Source: an uncultured Fibrobacterota bacterium (GTDB lineage: Bacteria; Fibrobacterota; Chitinivibrionia; Chitinivibrionales; FEN-1185). Taken from it: DNA of 43,388 nucleotides. A program made the translations under genes and the position numbers. The notes under the pieces were generated by a model that was given only the letters and a program-made list of their open reading frames with translations, did not search any database and was not told where the DNA came from. Below, piece by piece: positions 18,041-27,596 of the stretch. The DNA lies in contig CAVSQB010000034.1 of the NCBI GenBank assembly GCA_963729895.1, positions 1 through 43,388 of the forward strand, in the 5' to 3' direction. Position 1 is the first letter of the stretch. Each line of letters opens with the position of its first letter.

Positions 18041-20851
18041 TTACTTAATAAGGACAACTCTTTTCACAGCCGCATACTGCCCATCCACCGCAAACCGGAC
18101 CAGGTAAACGCCGTTACCCGTGCCGGCGCGGGAGATTGACGGACCGTACAGCCCGACGGAATGCCAGCCGCCGGACACCTGCGCCGCGGCCGTCCGCTCC
18201 ACGATCCTTCCTGTTGCGTCAAGCACATCGAGTGCGACACGACACGACCCGGCGACATAATACCGGATCATGCCGCCGGCGAAATCCATTCTGAACGCCG
18301 GTTCCGCCTGACGCGCCGCCGCCTGAACGGGCCTGTATACCGACGTGGATTCATTAAGAGCATGGACCACGAAGGAGGCGGTCCCCTGGCCGAGTCCCGG
18401 CGAGGTTGCGGTGATCGTCACCGTGCCCGGGGTAAACATCGAGCGGACAGCCACCTTACACATGCCGCCTTCGGCCCGCAGTTCCGGGTCCAGGGGCGAA
18501 TGATACGTGAGAGGCTGGCCCGCGGTGACATAGTTGTCTGCACCGCCGCGGTAATTGCCCGGGCCGGAAACAGCGAAGGTGATATTGTGGCTGTCAAGAG
18601 GGCACCAGGTGCCGACCGAATCCACCACGGTTGCCAGGACGAAGCCGGCGTCCGAGCCGTTGGCCTCAATGAGGAACGTACTGCCGTCCGGCTTGACAAG
18701 AGGAGGTTCGACGCTGAGCACGATGTGGTCCGGACTTCCTGCGGTGACCCTCTGGTCGGTGCACACCACGGTTCCGTTTGCATCCAGTCCTTCGGCGACG
18801 AGGGTCCCTGCCGCCCAGGTGACGTCCCAGGAGCATTGAAACGGCAATTGCGTGGTGGTTTGGGTGGCATCGGTGCCGGTTCCGGCCCAGGGGTTGGGCG
18901 TCTTGGTTCCCTGACTGACGCCGTTGATCAGCAGGTTCACGCTCGGACAATTGCTGAACGCGTTCACCCGGACCGCGCCCGACCTGTTCCAGTGGTGGGC
19001 GAGCGCAACCACGGGCTTGGCGGCAAACGGGACCCAGGCGGCCTGGTAGGCATAATAGAGAAGTTTGGGAATCCGGCTGAAGTCGGTGAGGGAGCAGCCG
19101 AACGATCTGACGTTGTAGTCGCCGGCGGGCCTTTCGAGATACACCCCCGCTTCTCCCACGGTCTCGGCGAAATACCATTGACAAAGTCCAAAACAGTTGG
19201 CCTGCCGGCTTTTTGTCCAATTGGGAAGATACGCCGCCACATAGGCGATCTGGTAGTCGTAGGCCCAGCGGGCCGACATGCCGGTGGCGTTCCAGGCCTC
19301 TGCGCCGAACGCGGGCATGGTTGGACACGCGCTCTTGACTCCCATTTCGCAGCCGCTTGCGGTGCAGGAATGTATGTCGCCGTTGGCGCAGTCGGCCGTG
19401 CGGTCGGCCTGCGCCCTGGTGTGGACCGGGTCCCATTGCGCCGAAAGCGCCTTGAGCGTCTGGGCAAGGGCTGCGCCTATGCCGCCGTTGTCGACCTCGT
19501 AGGCGAGGATCGAGGGATCGTTTCTGTCTCTGATCACCATATCGCGGTGTATTTCCGCTTTCAGAATTCCTTTAGGGTCTGTCGGGGCGACGCCGGTAAA
19601 GGCGCCTTCGGCGTCGCCGGTCGGCTGGACTATCATGATGCCGTAGGCGTCGCATGCGTGAACGAATTCGCTGCTGCAGGTGGAGTGTCCGGGACGCCAC
19701 AGGTTGCCACCCATGGCGGCGCACAGCTTTGCGTCGCGCCATTGCTGTTCCTCGGGAACCGCGGTGCCGAGGGCCGGATAATCGTACCGCGAGCTGGCGC
19801 CCCACAGATAGTGCTGGTGGGCGTTGAAATACGGAAAATTATTGTCCCAGGTGAGGACGCGGATGCCCAGCGGGCTCTCAAAAACATCGACCGTTGTTCC
19901 GGCCACCTTTACAATATGGTACACTTTATACATGTACGGCGATCCGAAGGTGCTGTTATTCGGATACCACAGGTGCGGATTGGTAATGTCGCCGGTCTGA
20001 TTGAACACATACGACTGTCCGGCGGCAATGGTTTGCGGGGTCCCCGGCAGGTCGAGCACCACGTTGTCGGCTGCGTCCACCACCTTTACGTCAAGTGACG
20101 CAGTTTGGGAAGACGCGCCGTCGTTGCGAACGTTCGTCTGGATGTTGACCGTTGCGGATGCATCGGAAGCGCTCACGGCCGCAACATAGGTCCCCCACTC
20201 ACTGAGCACCGAATACACGTTGAGCGGCACATGGACATTGTCGGTGATGTGCATCCATACCGGCCTAAACAATCCTCCGTCCGACTGGCCGAACCGGAAG
20301 CCCTCGGCAAAACCGGGGTCGGTGTAAAAGCCCTGGCTCTTGCCCACACGAACGGCCAGAACGTTGTCCGCTCCGCCGAATTGCACGTAAGGCGTAAGGT
20401 CGACCACAAAACCGATGAACCCGATCACGTGCGTTGCCTGCGGGTTTTCCGCGCTGTTTCCGGGAATAAACGTGCCGTTGATGTACACCTGACAGCCCAC
20501 GTGCACGCCTTCGAATTCAACAAGAATTCTTCTTGGGGCGTACGCGGCATCGAGCGTGAAATGCTTCCTGTACCAGACCGTGCCGGGCCAGACCGTGCCG
20601 TCATTGCCGCCCATCGACATGTTGAGAAATGTTCCGGTGTCGTCGTAGGTGTGCGGGATGCCGACGTCTTTTCCTGCCGCGTCGTTGTACGACGGCGCTT
20701 GCGCGCCCGTGGGGTCCGATTTGATGAATTTCCAGGGTGTTTCGCCGAGGTTGATGGTCACCCGGTTGCTCGGCTCGCCGGTGTAGGTGTCGGCAAAACA
20801 TGCCGTTGAAATGAGAGTTGCAAGGATGAAAGCAGACGTTTTGTTTGGCAT
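18041..20851 (-). CDS. Secreted GH2-family glycoside hydrolase, paralogue 1, with T9SS-like CTD
   Basis: WYRKHFTL..VEFEGVH, GGLFRPVWM, PHLWYP, DRNDPSILAYE, HHWN..VNAFSNCPSVNLLING (DUF4982-like), Ig domain and CTD. Start MPNKTS by analogy with paralogue 2. Confidence 0.88.
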   Translation of the reverse strand: MPNKTSAFILATLISTACFADTYTGEPSNRVTINLGETPWKFIKSDPTGAQAPSYNDAAGKDVGIPHTYDDTGTFLNMSMGGNDGTVWPGTVWYRKHFTLDAAYAPRRILVEFEGVHVGCQVYINGTFIPGNSAENPQATHVIGFIGFVVDLTPYVQFGGADNVLAVRVGKSQGFYTDPGFAEGFRFGQSDGGLFRPVWMHITDNVHVPLNVYSVLSEWGTYVAAVSASDASATVNIQTNVRNDGASSQTASLDVKVVDAADNVVLDLPGTPQTIAAGQSYVFNQTGDITNPHLWYPNNSTFGSPYMYKVYHIVKVAGTTVDVFESPLGIRVLTWDNNFPYFNAHQHYLWGASSRYDYPALGTAVPEEQQWRDAKLCAAMGGNLWRPGHSTCSSEFVHACDAYGIMIVQPTGDAEGAFTGVAPTDPKGILKAEIHRDMVIRDRNDPSILAYEVDNGGIGAALAQTLKALSAQWDPVHTRAQADRTADCANGDIHSCTASGCEMGVKSACPTMPAFGAEAWNATGMSARWAYDYQIAYVAAYLPNWTKSRQANCFGLCQWYFAETVGEAGVYLERPAGDYNVRSFGCSLTDFSRIPKLLYYAYQAAWVPFAAKPVVALAHHWNRSGAVRVNAFSNCPSVNLLINGVSQGTKTPNPWAGTGTDATQTTTQLPFQCSWDVTWAAGTLVAEGLDANGTVVCTDQRVTAGSPDHIVLSVEPPLVKPDGSTFLIEANGSDAGFVLATVVDSVGTWCPLDSHNITFAVSGPGNYRGGADNYVTAGQPLTYHSPLDPELRAEGGMCKVAVRSMFTPGTVTITATSPGLGQGTASFVVHALNESTSVYRPVQAAARQAEPAFRMDFAGGMIRYYVAGSCRVALDVLDATGRIVERTAAAQVSGGWHSVGLYGPSISRAGTGNGVYLVRFAVDGQYAAVKRVVLIK

Positions 20852-20909
20852 GAGGGGTCCTTGATTTAAGGTTATCCGAAACAATAATTGATTTACGATA
20901 AGAGAATCC

Positions 20910-21365
20910 GGGCGCTCCCCTCGCTGCGCTCGGGCCGGTCTCCCTGCTGGCCACCCCTTCGGGTGCTTCCAAGGGTCGTCGGCCGTTCGCCTCGTTGCCA
21001 CCTGTCCCTACCGCCTTCGGCTAGGGATCAGGCGGCAATCCCGTTTTGCCGCGACCCTCCGGTCCGCCTCACGCGCGCAAACCGCAATTATCATCGGTCA
21101 ACAAGCTCTACTCGCGCCAACCTGCATCAGCAATGAATCCGACGGGATTCCTCTTTGTATTTATTACTTTTCACGTATCAACCATTCAACTTTTCAACGC
21201 TTTTCCTTTCAACCCCTCAACTTATCAACTATTCTTCGTGGGTGCCCCCGCACAGGTGATTGATTCTTGCAACTGTTTCCACTTGGGGGCTACCCAGGAG
21301 GGGGAAGCGCAGGACACCGCAGGCCGAAGGCCGAGGAAGCCGGAGCGAGGGGGATACTTCCCCCA
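20910..21365 (+). repeat. Structured repeat core (20910..21078), TCAAC 8-mer tract (21178..21232) and hairpin module (21237..21365)
   Basis: Core aligns with 24239..24403 and 35477..35637; the distal part aligns inverted with 17656..17880. Confidence 0.8.
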
Positions 21366-21394
21366 ACAAAGATATGCCAAATAACGATGCAAGC

Positions 21395-24172
21395 TCATCT
21401 CGCCACCACCACCCGCTTTATGATACTATTTCCGTCAACAATACAGCGGATCATGTAAACGCCGTCTGCAAGCGCGGCCGTCAAGCCGAGAACAGGATGC
21501 CATCCCTGTGTTTGCAGCGACCGTGGGACTCGCGAAACAATTTTTCCGCCTGCATCAACAACATCAACCGAAACTCTTGCCGCTCCGCTCAGATAATATT
21601 GTAGCATCGCGCCGGCCTGTTTGAACCGTAAATCGAGTGCGGCGCGATTTGCGTGTAATGCAACCGATGGCAGGACGGACACAGCCGGCGGCGCCGGCGC
21701 CGGATACGCGGTAAATGATGCGGTTCCCTGGCCGAGTCCCGGCGATGTTGCGGTAACGGTCACCACGCCCGGGGTGAATGTCGAGCGGACAGCCACCTTG
21801 CACATGCCGCCTTCGGCCGAAAGGTTGGGGTCACCGGGCGCATGATAATTCGCGCCGCCGGGGCCGATCATCTGGTCCGCCCCTCCCCGGTAATTTCCAG
21901 GACCGGAAACGCTGAAAGTAACAATGTGGCTGTCGGTGGGACACCAGTTGCCGTTTGCGTCCACGATCGTGGCGAGAATGAATGCCGCGTCCGTGGCGTT
22001 GGCAGTAATCTGGAACGAGTCCCCGGTGGCCGGATTCACGACTGGCGCGGCCACGGAGAGCGCGATGTGGTCGGGATTTCCGGCCGTGACTTTCTGGTCC
22101 GTACACACCACGTTTCCGTTCGCGTCCAGGCCTTCGGCCGTAACCGTGCCCGTCTGCCACGTTACGTTCCACGAACATTGATCGGCAAAAAGCGCGTTGG
22201 CGTTGCCCGTGTCCGGATAGGGTGTTTGATCGGTGCCCTGCTTGACCCCGTTGATGAGCAGCCGCACCGAGGGGCAGTTGGAAAACGCGTTGACCGTGAT
22301 CGCGCCCGAACGGTTCCAGTGGTGTGCGAGGGACACCACCGGTCGCACCGAATACGGTACCCAACACGCCTGGTACATTTTGTAAAGCATTTTCGGGATC
22401 CGGTTCCAGTCCATCATGGAACAGGCGAAATTCCTGCCTGTGCCGCTTTCTCCGGGCGACTCGGCCATATACCACTGGCACATGCCGAACGCCTTCACGT
22501 ATTTGCCGTATTTCCAGTTCTGCATGTAGATCTGGGCGAAATTGAGCTCCCCGTCGTAATCGAACCGGACTCCTTTGGTGTAGAACCCTTCGGCCCCGAA
22601 GGCCGGCTTGGTGGGTGCGATGCAGCAATGGAGGCCTCCCTCGCATCCGTCAAGAGAGCACGCTATCACCTGGTCCACCACCATGTCGGACTGGTCGTTG
22701 CCCCGGTCCTCCTGCGCGCGGGGCATAAGCGTGTCCCACTTGACCACCGTGTCCCTGAGCGTTACGTCGAACGCATGGTCGATGGGCGCGTTGGCGGATT
22801 CCCAGAGGAGGATACTCGGGTCGTTCCGGTCGCGCACGATCATGTCGCGATGGCATTCGCTCTTGAGCGCCTCGTTGAGCGAATCGGCATGCGGCGTACC
22901 GAGCGCCAGGTTTGCGGTCATGAACGAACCTTCGTCGTCGCCGCTTGGCTGGGCGATCATGACGCCGAACGCGTCGCACGCTTCCACGAATTCGTGCGAG
23001 CAGGTGGAATGGCCGGGCCGCCACAATCGTCCGCCGCAGTCGGCGAGTATCTTGACATCGCGCCAATTCTGCTCTTCCGGAACCGCGGTCCCCAGGGCCG
23101 GATAGTCGTACCGTCCTGCCGCGCCCCAGAGATAATGAGGGTGGCTGTTGAAAATAGGAAAATCGGTGTCCCAGGTGAGGGTCCTGATGCCGAGAGGACT
23201 GGTGAACACATCCACCGTTGTCCCGCCGACCTTCACTATGTGGTACACCTTGTACAGGTACGGTTTGCCGTAGATGCTCGCATTGGGATACCACAAATGC
23301 GGATTGCTCACCGTTCCCGTCTGGTCGAACACGTAACAGGCGCCCGCATTAACGGCGTGAGAATCGTTGTTGGACATCACCACGTTGCCGGCCGAGTCCA
23401 CCACGTTGGTGGTGAGGGAAACTGTGACCGCCGCGCCGTTTTCATTCTGGACGTTGGTGAGGATTCGCACCGTTGCCGACGCATCCGAAGCCGACATGGT
23501 TGCCACGCACGTGCCCCAGTTATTGACAACAGAGAATACGTTGAGCGGCACGTGGACCTTGTCGGTGATGTGCATCCACACGGGCCGAAACAGCCCGCCG
23601 TCTCCCTGGCCGAACCGGAAATCATTCGAAAAACTCGGAAAGTTGAACCAGCCCGAGCCGGTGGATACCCGGACGGCCAGAACATTATCGCTTCCGCCGA
23701 ATTTTACATAGGGTGTGATGTCCACCACGAACGGCAGGAACCCGTTGACGTGCGTGGCCTGCGGGTTCACCGCGCTGTTGCCGGGAATGAACGTCTGGTT
23801 GATATACACCTGCGCGCCGATGTGCGCGCCCTCGAACTCGACAAAGATCTTTCGCCCCGAATACCCGTTATCTAAAGTAAAATGCTTCCGGTACCAGCCG
23901 GTTTGTCCCTGGAGTGCGCCTGCGTTCCCGCCTGCATCCATGTTCAGGAAGGTGTTCATGTCGTTCCAGGTATGCGGGACCCCCACCGCGCTCCACGACG
24001 CGTCGTTGAAAATGGTGTCCTGGGCGTTCACCGGATCGGATTGGATGAATTTCCAGGGAGTGATGCCAAGGTTGATTTCTGCGCGGTTGCTCGGTTCGCC
24101 GGTGTAGATTTCGGCAAGGCATGCCGTCGACATCAGAGTTATAAGAATGAGGGCGAACGGTTTGTGTGGCAT
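21395..24172 (-). CDS. Secreted GH2-family glycoside hydrolase, paralogue 2
   Basis: Colinear with paralogues 1 and 3, with the same motifs, a signal peptide and a CTD. Confidence 0.88.
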   Translation of the reverse strand: MPHKPFALILITLMSTACLAEIYTGEPSNRAEINLGITPWKFIQSDPVNAQDTIFNDASWSAVGVPHTWNDMNTFLNMDAGGNAGALQGQTGWYRKHFTLDNGYSGRKIFVEFEGAHIGAQVYINQTFIPGNSAVNPQATHVNGFLPFVVDITPYVKFGGSDNVLAVRVSTGSGWFNFPSFSNDFRFGQGDGGLFRPVWMHITDKVHVPLNVFSVVNNWGTCVATMSASDASATVRILTNVQNENGAAVTVSLTTNVVDSAGNVVMSNNDSHAVNAGACYVFDQTGTVSNPHLWYPNASIYGKPYLYKVYHIVKVGGTTVDVFTSPLGIRTLTWDTDFPIFNSHPHYLWGAAGRYDYPALGTAVPEEQNWRDVKILADCGGRLWRPGHSTCSHEFVEACDAFGVMIAQPSGDDEGSFMTANLALGTPHADSLNEALKSECHRDMIVRDRNDPSILLWESANAPIDHAFDVTLRDTVVKWDTLMPRAQEDRGNDQSDMVVDQVIACSLDGCEGGLHCCIAPTKPAFGAEGFYTKGVRFDYDGELNFAQIYMQNWKYGKYVKAFGMCQWYMAESPGESGTGRNFACSMMDWNRIPKMLYKMYQACWVPYSVRPVVSLAHHWNRSGAITVNAFSNCPSVRLLINGVKQGTDQTPYPDTGNANALFADQCSWNVTWQTGTVTAEGLDANGNVVCTDQKVTAGNPDHIALSVAAPVVNPATGDSFQITANATDAAFILATIVDANGNWCPTDSHIVTFSVSGPGNYRGGADQMIGPGGANYHAPGDPNLSAEGGMCKVAVRSTFTPGVVTVTATSPGLGQGTASFTAYPAPAPPAVSVLPSVALHANRAALDLRFKQAGAMLQYYLSGAARVSVDVVDAGGKIVSRVPRSLQTQGWHPVLGLTAALADGVYMIRCIVDGNSIIKRVVVAR

Positions 24173-24238
24173 GTGGGGTCCTTGATTTAGGATTTGAGGT
24201 TATCCGAAACAATTAACAGTTCTACGATCAAGAGATTT

Positions 24239-24529
24239 GAGCGTTCCCCCATGTAGAACCGCACGACCGTGCGGCTCTACATGGGGTCGGCCCTCCTTAC
24301 GGGCTCGGCCGTTCGGCCTCGGTGCCGGATCGCCCCGATGCCTGTCGGCGGGGTCGACCGGCACTGCGCTCGTGCGCACCACTCCAGTCCGGTCTAACGC
24401 GCGTAAATTGTTATTATCATCAATCAACTACATTGTCTCGCGCCAATCGGAATACTCAAAATATCAACCGGCGTCTTTCTTGCTTCTTCTCAACTCCTCA
24501 ACTATCCAACTATTCAACTATTCAACTTC
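24239..24529 (+). repeat. Structured repeat core with GTAG-type REP (24253..24280) plus five TCAACTAT-type 8-mers (24490..24529)
   Basis: GTAGAACCGCACGACCGTGCGGCTCTAC within the first hairpin; GGCCCTCCTTACGGGCTCGGCCGTTCGGCCTC is nearly identical to the reverse complement of 41490..41522. Confidence 0.85.
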
Positions 24530-24534
24530 TTCTT

Positions 24535-27342
24535 TCATCTCACCACCATGACCCGCTTCACGTAAGTATCCTGGCCGTTGACGACGCACCGGACAATATA
24601 CACGCCGTTGCCCCTGTCGCTGCCGCCCGCTGCAAGAGGAACGGAATGCCACCCGCTTTGCTGCAGCGAATTAGGGACACGTCGTACGATTCTTCCGCTT
24701 GCGTCAATGATGTCGACGCTGACAAATGCCTGCGATTCCACCCGGTACCTTACCGTGCCGCCGCTTAGGGCGATGGCGAGCTTCGGCATCGACAGGGACG
24801 CAACCGGGCGAATCAGGGCGTGTGTTGCCACGGAGTCGCTGTAAGGATACACGGTGAACGTTGCCGAACCCGCTCCCAGTCCCGGCGACGCGGCGTTCAC
24901 GGTCACAATGCCGGGTGTAAACGTCGAGCGCACCGCCACCTTGCACATACCGCCTTCGGCAGAGAGTTCCGGGTCCATGGGCGAATGATACGTGAGCGGC
25001 TGTCCCGTGGTAACGAACTCGTCCGACCCGCCGCGATAACTGCCCGGACCTGAAACGCTGAAAGTGATAAAGTGACTGTCGGTGGGACACCAGTTCCCGT
25101 TGGCGTCCACCACCGTTGCCAGAACAAAAGCCGCGTCGGAACCGTTGGCCTCAATGAGAAACGTGCTGCCGTCAGGCTTGACAAGAGGCGGCTCAACGCT
25201 CAACACGATGTGGTCCGGATTTCCCGCAGTGACTTTCTGGTCGGTGCACACCACGTTTCCGTTTGCGTCCAACCCTTCGGCCTTCACCGTGCCCGCGGCC
25301 CAGGTAACGTCCCAATAGCATTGGAACGGAAGCTGCGTGGTGGCCGCGTCGGTGCCGTCCCCGGTGCCGGTCCACGGGTTGGGCGTTTTGATCCCTTGAC
25401 TGACGCCATTAACCAGCAGGTTTACGCTGGGACAGTTGCTGAACGCATACTCCCGCACCGAGCCCGAGCGGTTCCAATGGTGCGAGAGCGCAACAACCGG
25501 CTCAATCGAATACGGTCTCCAGCATGCCTTGTAGGCATAGTACAGGAACTTGGGGATACGGCTGAAATCCAACATGGCGGATCCGAATGAGCGCGTAGGC
25601 GACTTGCCGTCCGCAAACGCCCTGTCTTCTCCGGGCTCTTCGGACAGGTACCATTGACAGGCCCCGAAACAATTCGCCTGAATGCTCTTCCGCCAGTTCT
25701 GAAGGAATTCCGCGACATGATAGATTTCCCAATCGTAGGCCGCCCGCTCCGACGCTCGGCCCCAATCCTCGGCTCCGAAGGCCGGGCACTGCGGCTCGCT
25801 GGTTTTTACTCCTATTTCACATCCGGTGACGGTGCATGAGCCGATGTCGAGGGGCGACCACGGGGCCCCGCGCACATTCTGCTTGCGGGGGGCAAGAGAG
25901 TCCCATGTTGTGCCGATGGCGCGCAACTGGTCGCACAACGTCGGATCGCAGGCGCCGTTGGACGCCTCCCAGGCAAGAATTGACGGATTGTTCCTGTCCC
26001 GGATCACCATGTCCCTGTGGATCTCCATCTTGAGTCCTTCTTGATACGCCGCGCTTGCATTGCCGGCAAGCATGTCTGTGGCCCAATTGTTTTCGCCGTC
26101 ACCGCTCGGCTGCACAATCATGACGCCGTACGCGTCGCATGCCGCAACAAAAACAGGGCCTTCCGCGGAATGCCCCGGCCGCCACAGGTTTCCGCCGCTG
26201 GCCGCCGTCAGTTTGATGTCACGCCACACCTGTTCGGTGGGTATCGCGCTGCCGAGAGCCGGATAATCGTATCTGCCGGAAGCGCCCCAGAGAATCTGCT
26301 TATGGCCGTTGAAGTAGGGGAAGTTCTGGTCCCAGGTGATGGTTCTCATGCCCAGCGGGGTTTGGAAAAGGTCGAGCGTGGTTCCCCCGGCTTTGACGAT
26401 ATGATACACCGTATACATATGCGGTGATCCGAACGTGCTGTTGTTGGGATACCACAGCTGGACGGGAGACGCATCGCCCTTCTGGTCGAAAACGAAGCTC
26501 GCGCCCGCGGCAATCGTCTGCGTCTGGTCCATCGACAGGACCACGCTGTTATCCGACGGATCGACTACTTTCGTTGTAAGAGAAACGGCCTGGCTCGCGG
26601 AGCTTTCATTCATCACGTTGGTGAGGATTCTCACCGTGGCGGTGGAACCGTTTGTCGCAAGGGTAGCCGCATAGGTTCCCCATTCGTTGACAACGGAATA
26701 GACATTTGCCGGAACGTGAACCTTGTCGGTGATGTGCATCCACACGGGCCGGTATATGCCCTGATCGGCTGAACCGAACCGGAATACAAGAGAGAAACCC
26801 GGCCAGGTGAGGAACCCGCCCTGGCCCACCCGCACGGCCAGGACGTTGTCCGCGCCGCCGAAGTTCAAATTATAGTTGGTGAGATCCACGATGAAGCCGA
26901 TGAACCCGAGCACATGCGTGGCCTGGGGATTATAGGCGCTGTTCCCGGGAATGAACGTGCCGTTGCAGTACACTTGACAACCCACGTGCACACCTTCGAA
27001 TTCGACGAATACCTTTCTGTTGGCATAGGCATTGTCCAAAGTAAAGTGCTTCCTGTACCAGCACGTGCCTTCGTACATCGAGCCGTCGCCGCCGCCGCTG
27101 TTCTGGTTTTCGTAGGTGTCGGTGTCGTTCCATGTGTGAGGAATTCCCACATTTTTCCACGCGGCATCGTTGAAGGTCGGATTCTGGGCATTGGCCGGGT
27201 CGGAACGCAAAAATTTCCACGGAGTCGCTCCGAGATTGATGGTGACGCGGTTGCTTGGTTCCGGTGCGTAGGTCTCGGCAAGGCATGCCGCCGCCGTACA
27301 CAGGATGACGATGAAAACCGATGTCCAAACCTGTTTCCTCAT
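24535..27342 (-). CDS. Secreted GH2-family glycoside hydrolase, paralogue 3
   Basis: Same architecture as paralogues 1 and 2; AAAGGAGG RBS with 8 nt spacing to the ATG at 27342. Confidence 0.88.
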   Translation of the reverse strand: MRKQVWTSVFIVILCTAAACLAETYAPEPSNRVTINLGATPWKFLRSDPANAQNPTFNDAAWKNVGIPHTWNDTDTYENQNSGGGDGSMYEGTCWYRKHFTLDNAYANRKVFVEFEGVHVGCQVYCNGTFIPGNSAYNPQATHVLGFIGFIVDLTNYNLNFGGADNVLAVRVGQGGFLTWPGFSLVFRFGSADQGIYRPVWMHITDKVHVPANVYSVVNEWGTYAATLATNGSTATVRILTNVMNESSASQAVSLTTKVVDPSDNSVVLSMDQTQTIAAGASFVFDQKGDASPVQLWYPNNSTFGSPHMYTVYHIVKAGGTTLDLFQTPLGMRTITWDQNFPYFNGHKQILWGASGRYDYPALGSAIPTEQVWRDIKLTAASGGNLWRPGHSAEGPVFVAACDAYGVMIVQPSGDGENNWATDMLAGNASAAYQEGLKMEIHRDMVIRDRNNPSILAWEASNGACDPTLCDQLRAIGTTWDSLAPRKQNVRGAPWSPLDIGSCTVTGCEIGVKTSEPQCPAFGAEDWGRASERAAYDWEIYHVAEFLQNWRKSIQANCFGACQWYLSEEPGEDRAFADGKSPTRSFGSAMLDFSRIPKFLYYAYKACWRPYSIEPVVALSHHWNRSGSVREYAFSNCPSVNLLVNGVSQGIKTPNPWTGTGDGTDAATTQLPFQCYWDVTWAAGTVKAEGLDANGNVVCTDQKVTAGNPDHIVLSVEPPLVKPDGSTFLIEANGSDAAFVLATVVDANGNWCPTDSHFITFSVSGPGSYRGGSDEFVTTGQPLTYHSPMDPELSAEGGMCKVAVRSTFTPGIVTVNAASPGLGAGSATFTVYPYSDSVATHALIRPVASLSMPKLAIALSGGTVRYRVESQAFVSVDIIDASGRIVRRVPNSLQQSGWHSVPLAAGGSDRGNGVYIVRCVVNGQDTYVKRVMVVR

Positions 27343-27472
27343 GTGCAATCCCTCCTTTGCCGCTGTGGACCATGGTATTGACAGGTGCGATGTCGTATTC
27401 CGCCTGCCGACCGCATACCTATAACATAACGGAAGAGGCTTCTCAACAATCCGAAATTGTGCGGCCGGTGGA

Positions 27473-27504
27473 ATTATCCGTTACAAGTTCGTGTAACGGA
27501 TAAT
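27473..27504. promoter_or_regulatory. Palindromic operator candidate between the divergent GH2 and thaumatin-like genes
   Basis: Perfect 13-6-13 inverted repeat ATTATCCGTTACA-AGTTCG-TGTAACGGATAAT; recurs at 29235. Confidence 0.75.
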
Positions 27505-27596
27505 GGTTTTGGCGGCACCATTTTCAGCCCGGGGGCGGGTTCGTGCGTTTATATTACTGACGAGCGTACATGCGTGGTTGAGGGGATGAAGGCTTT

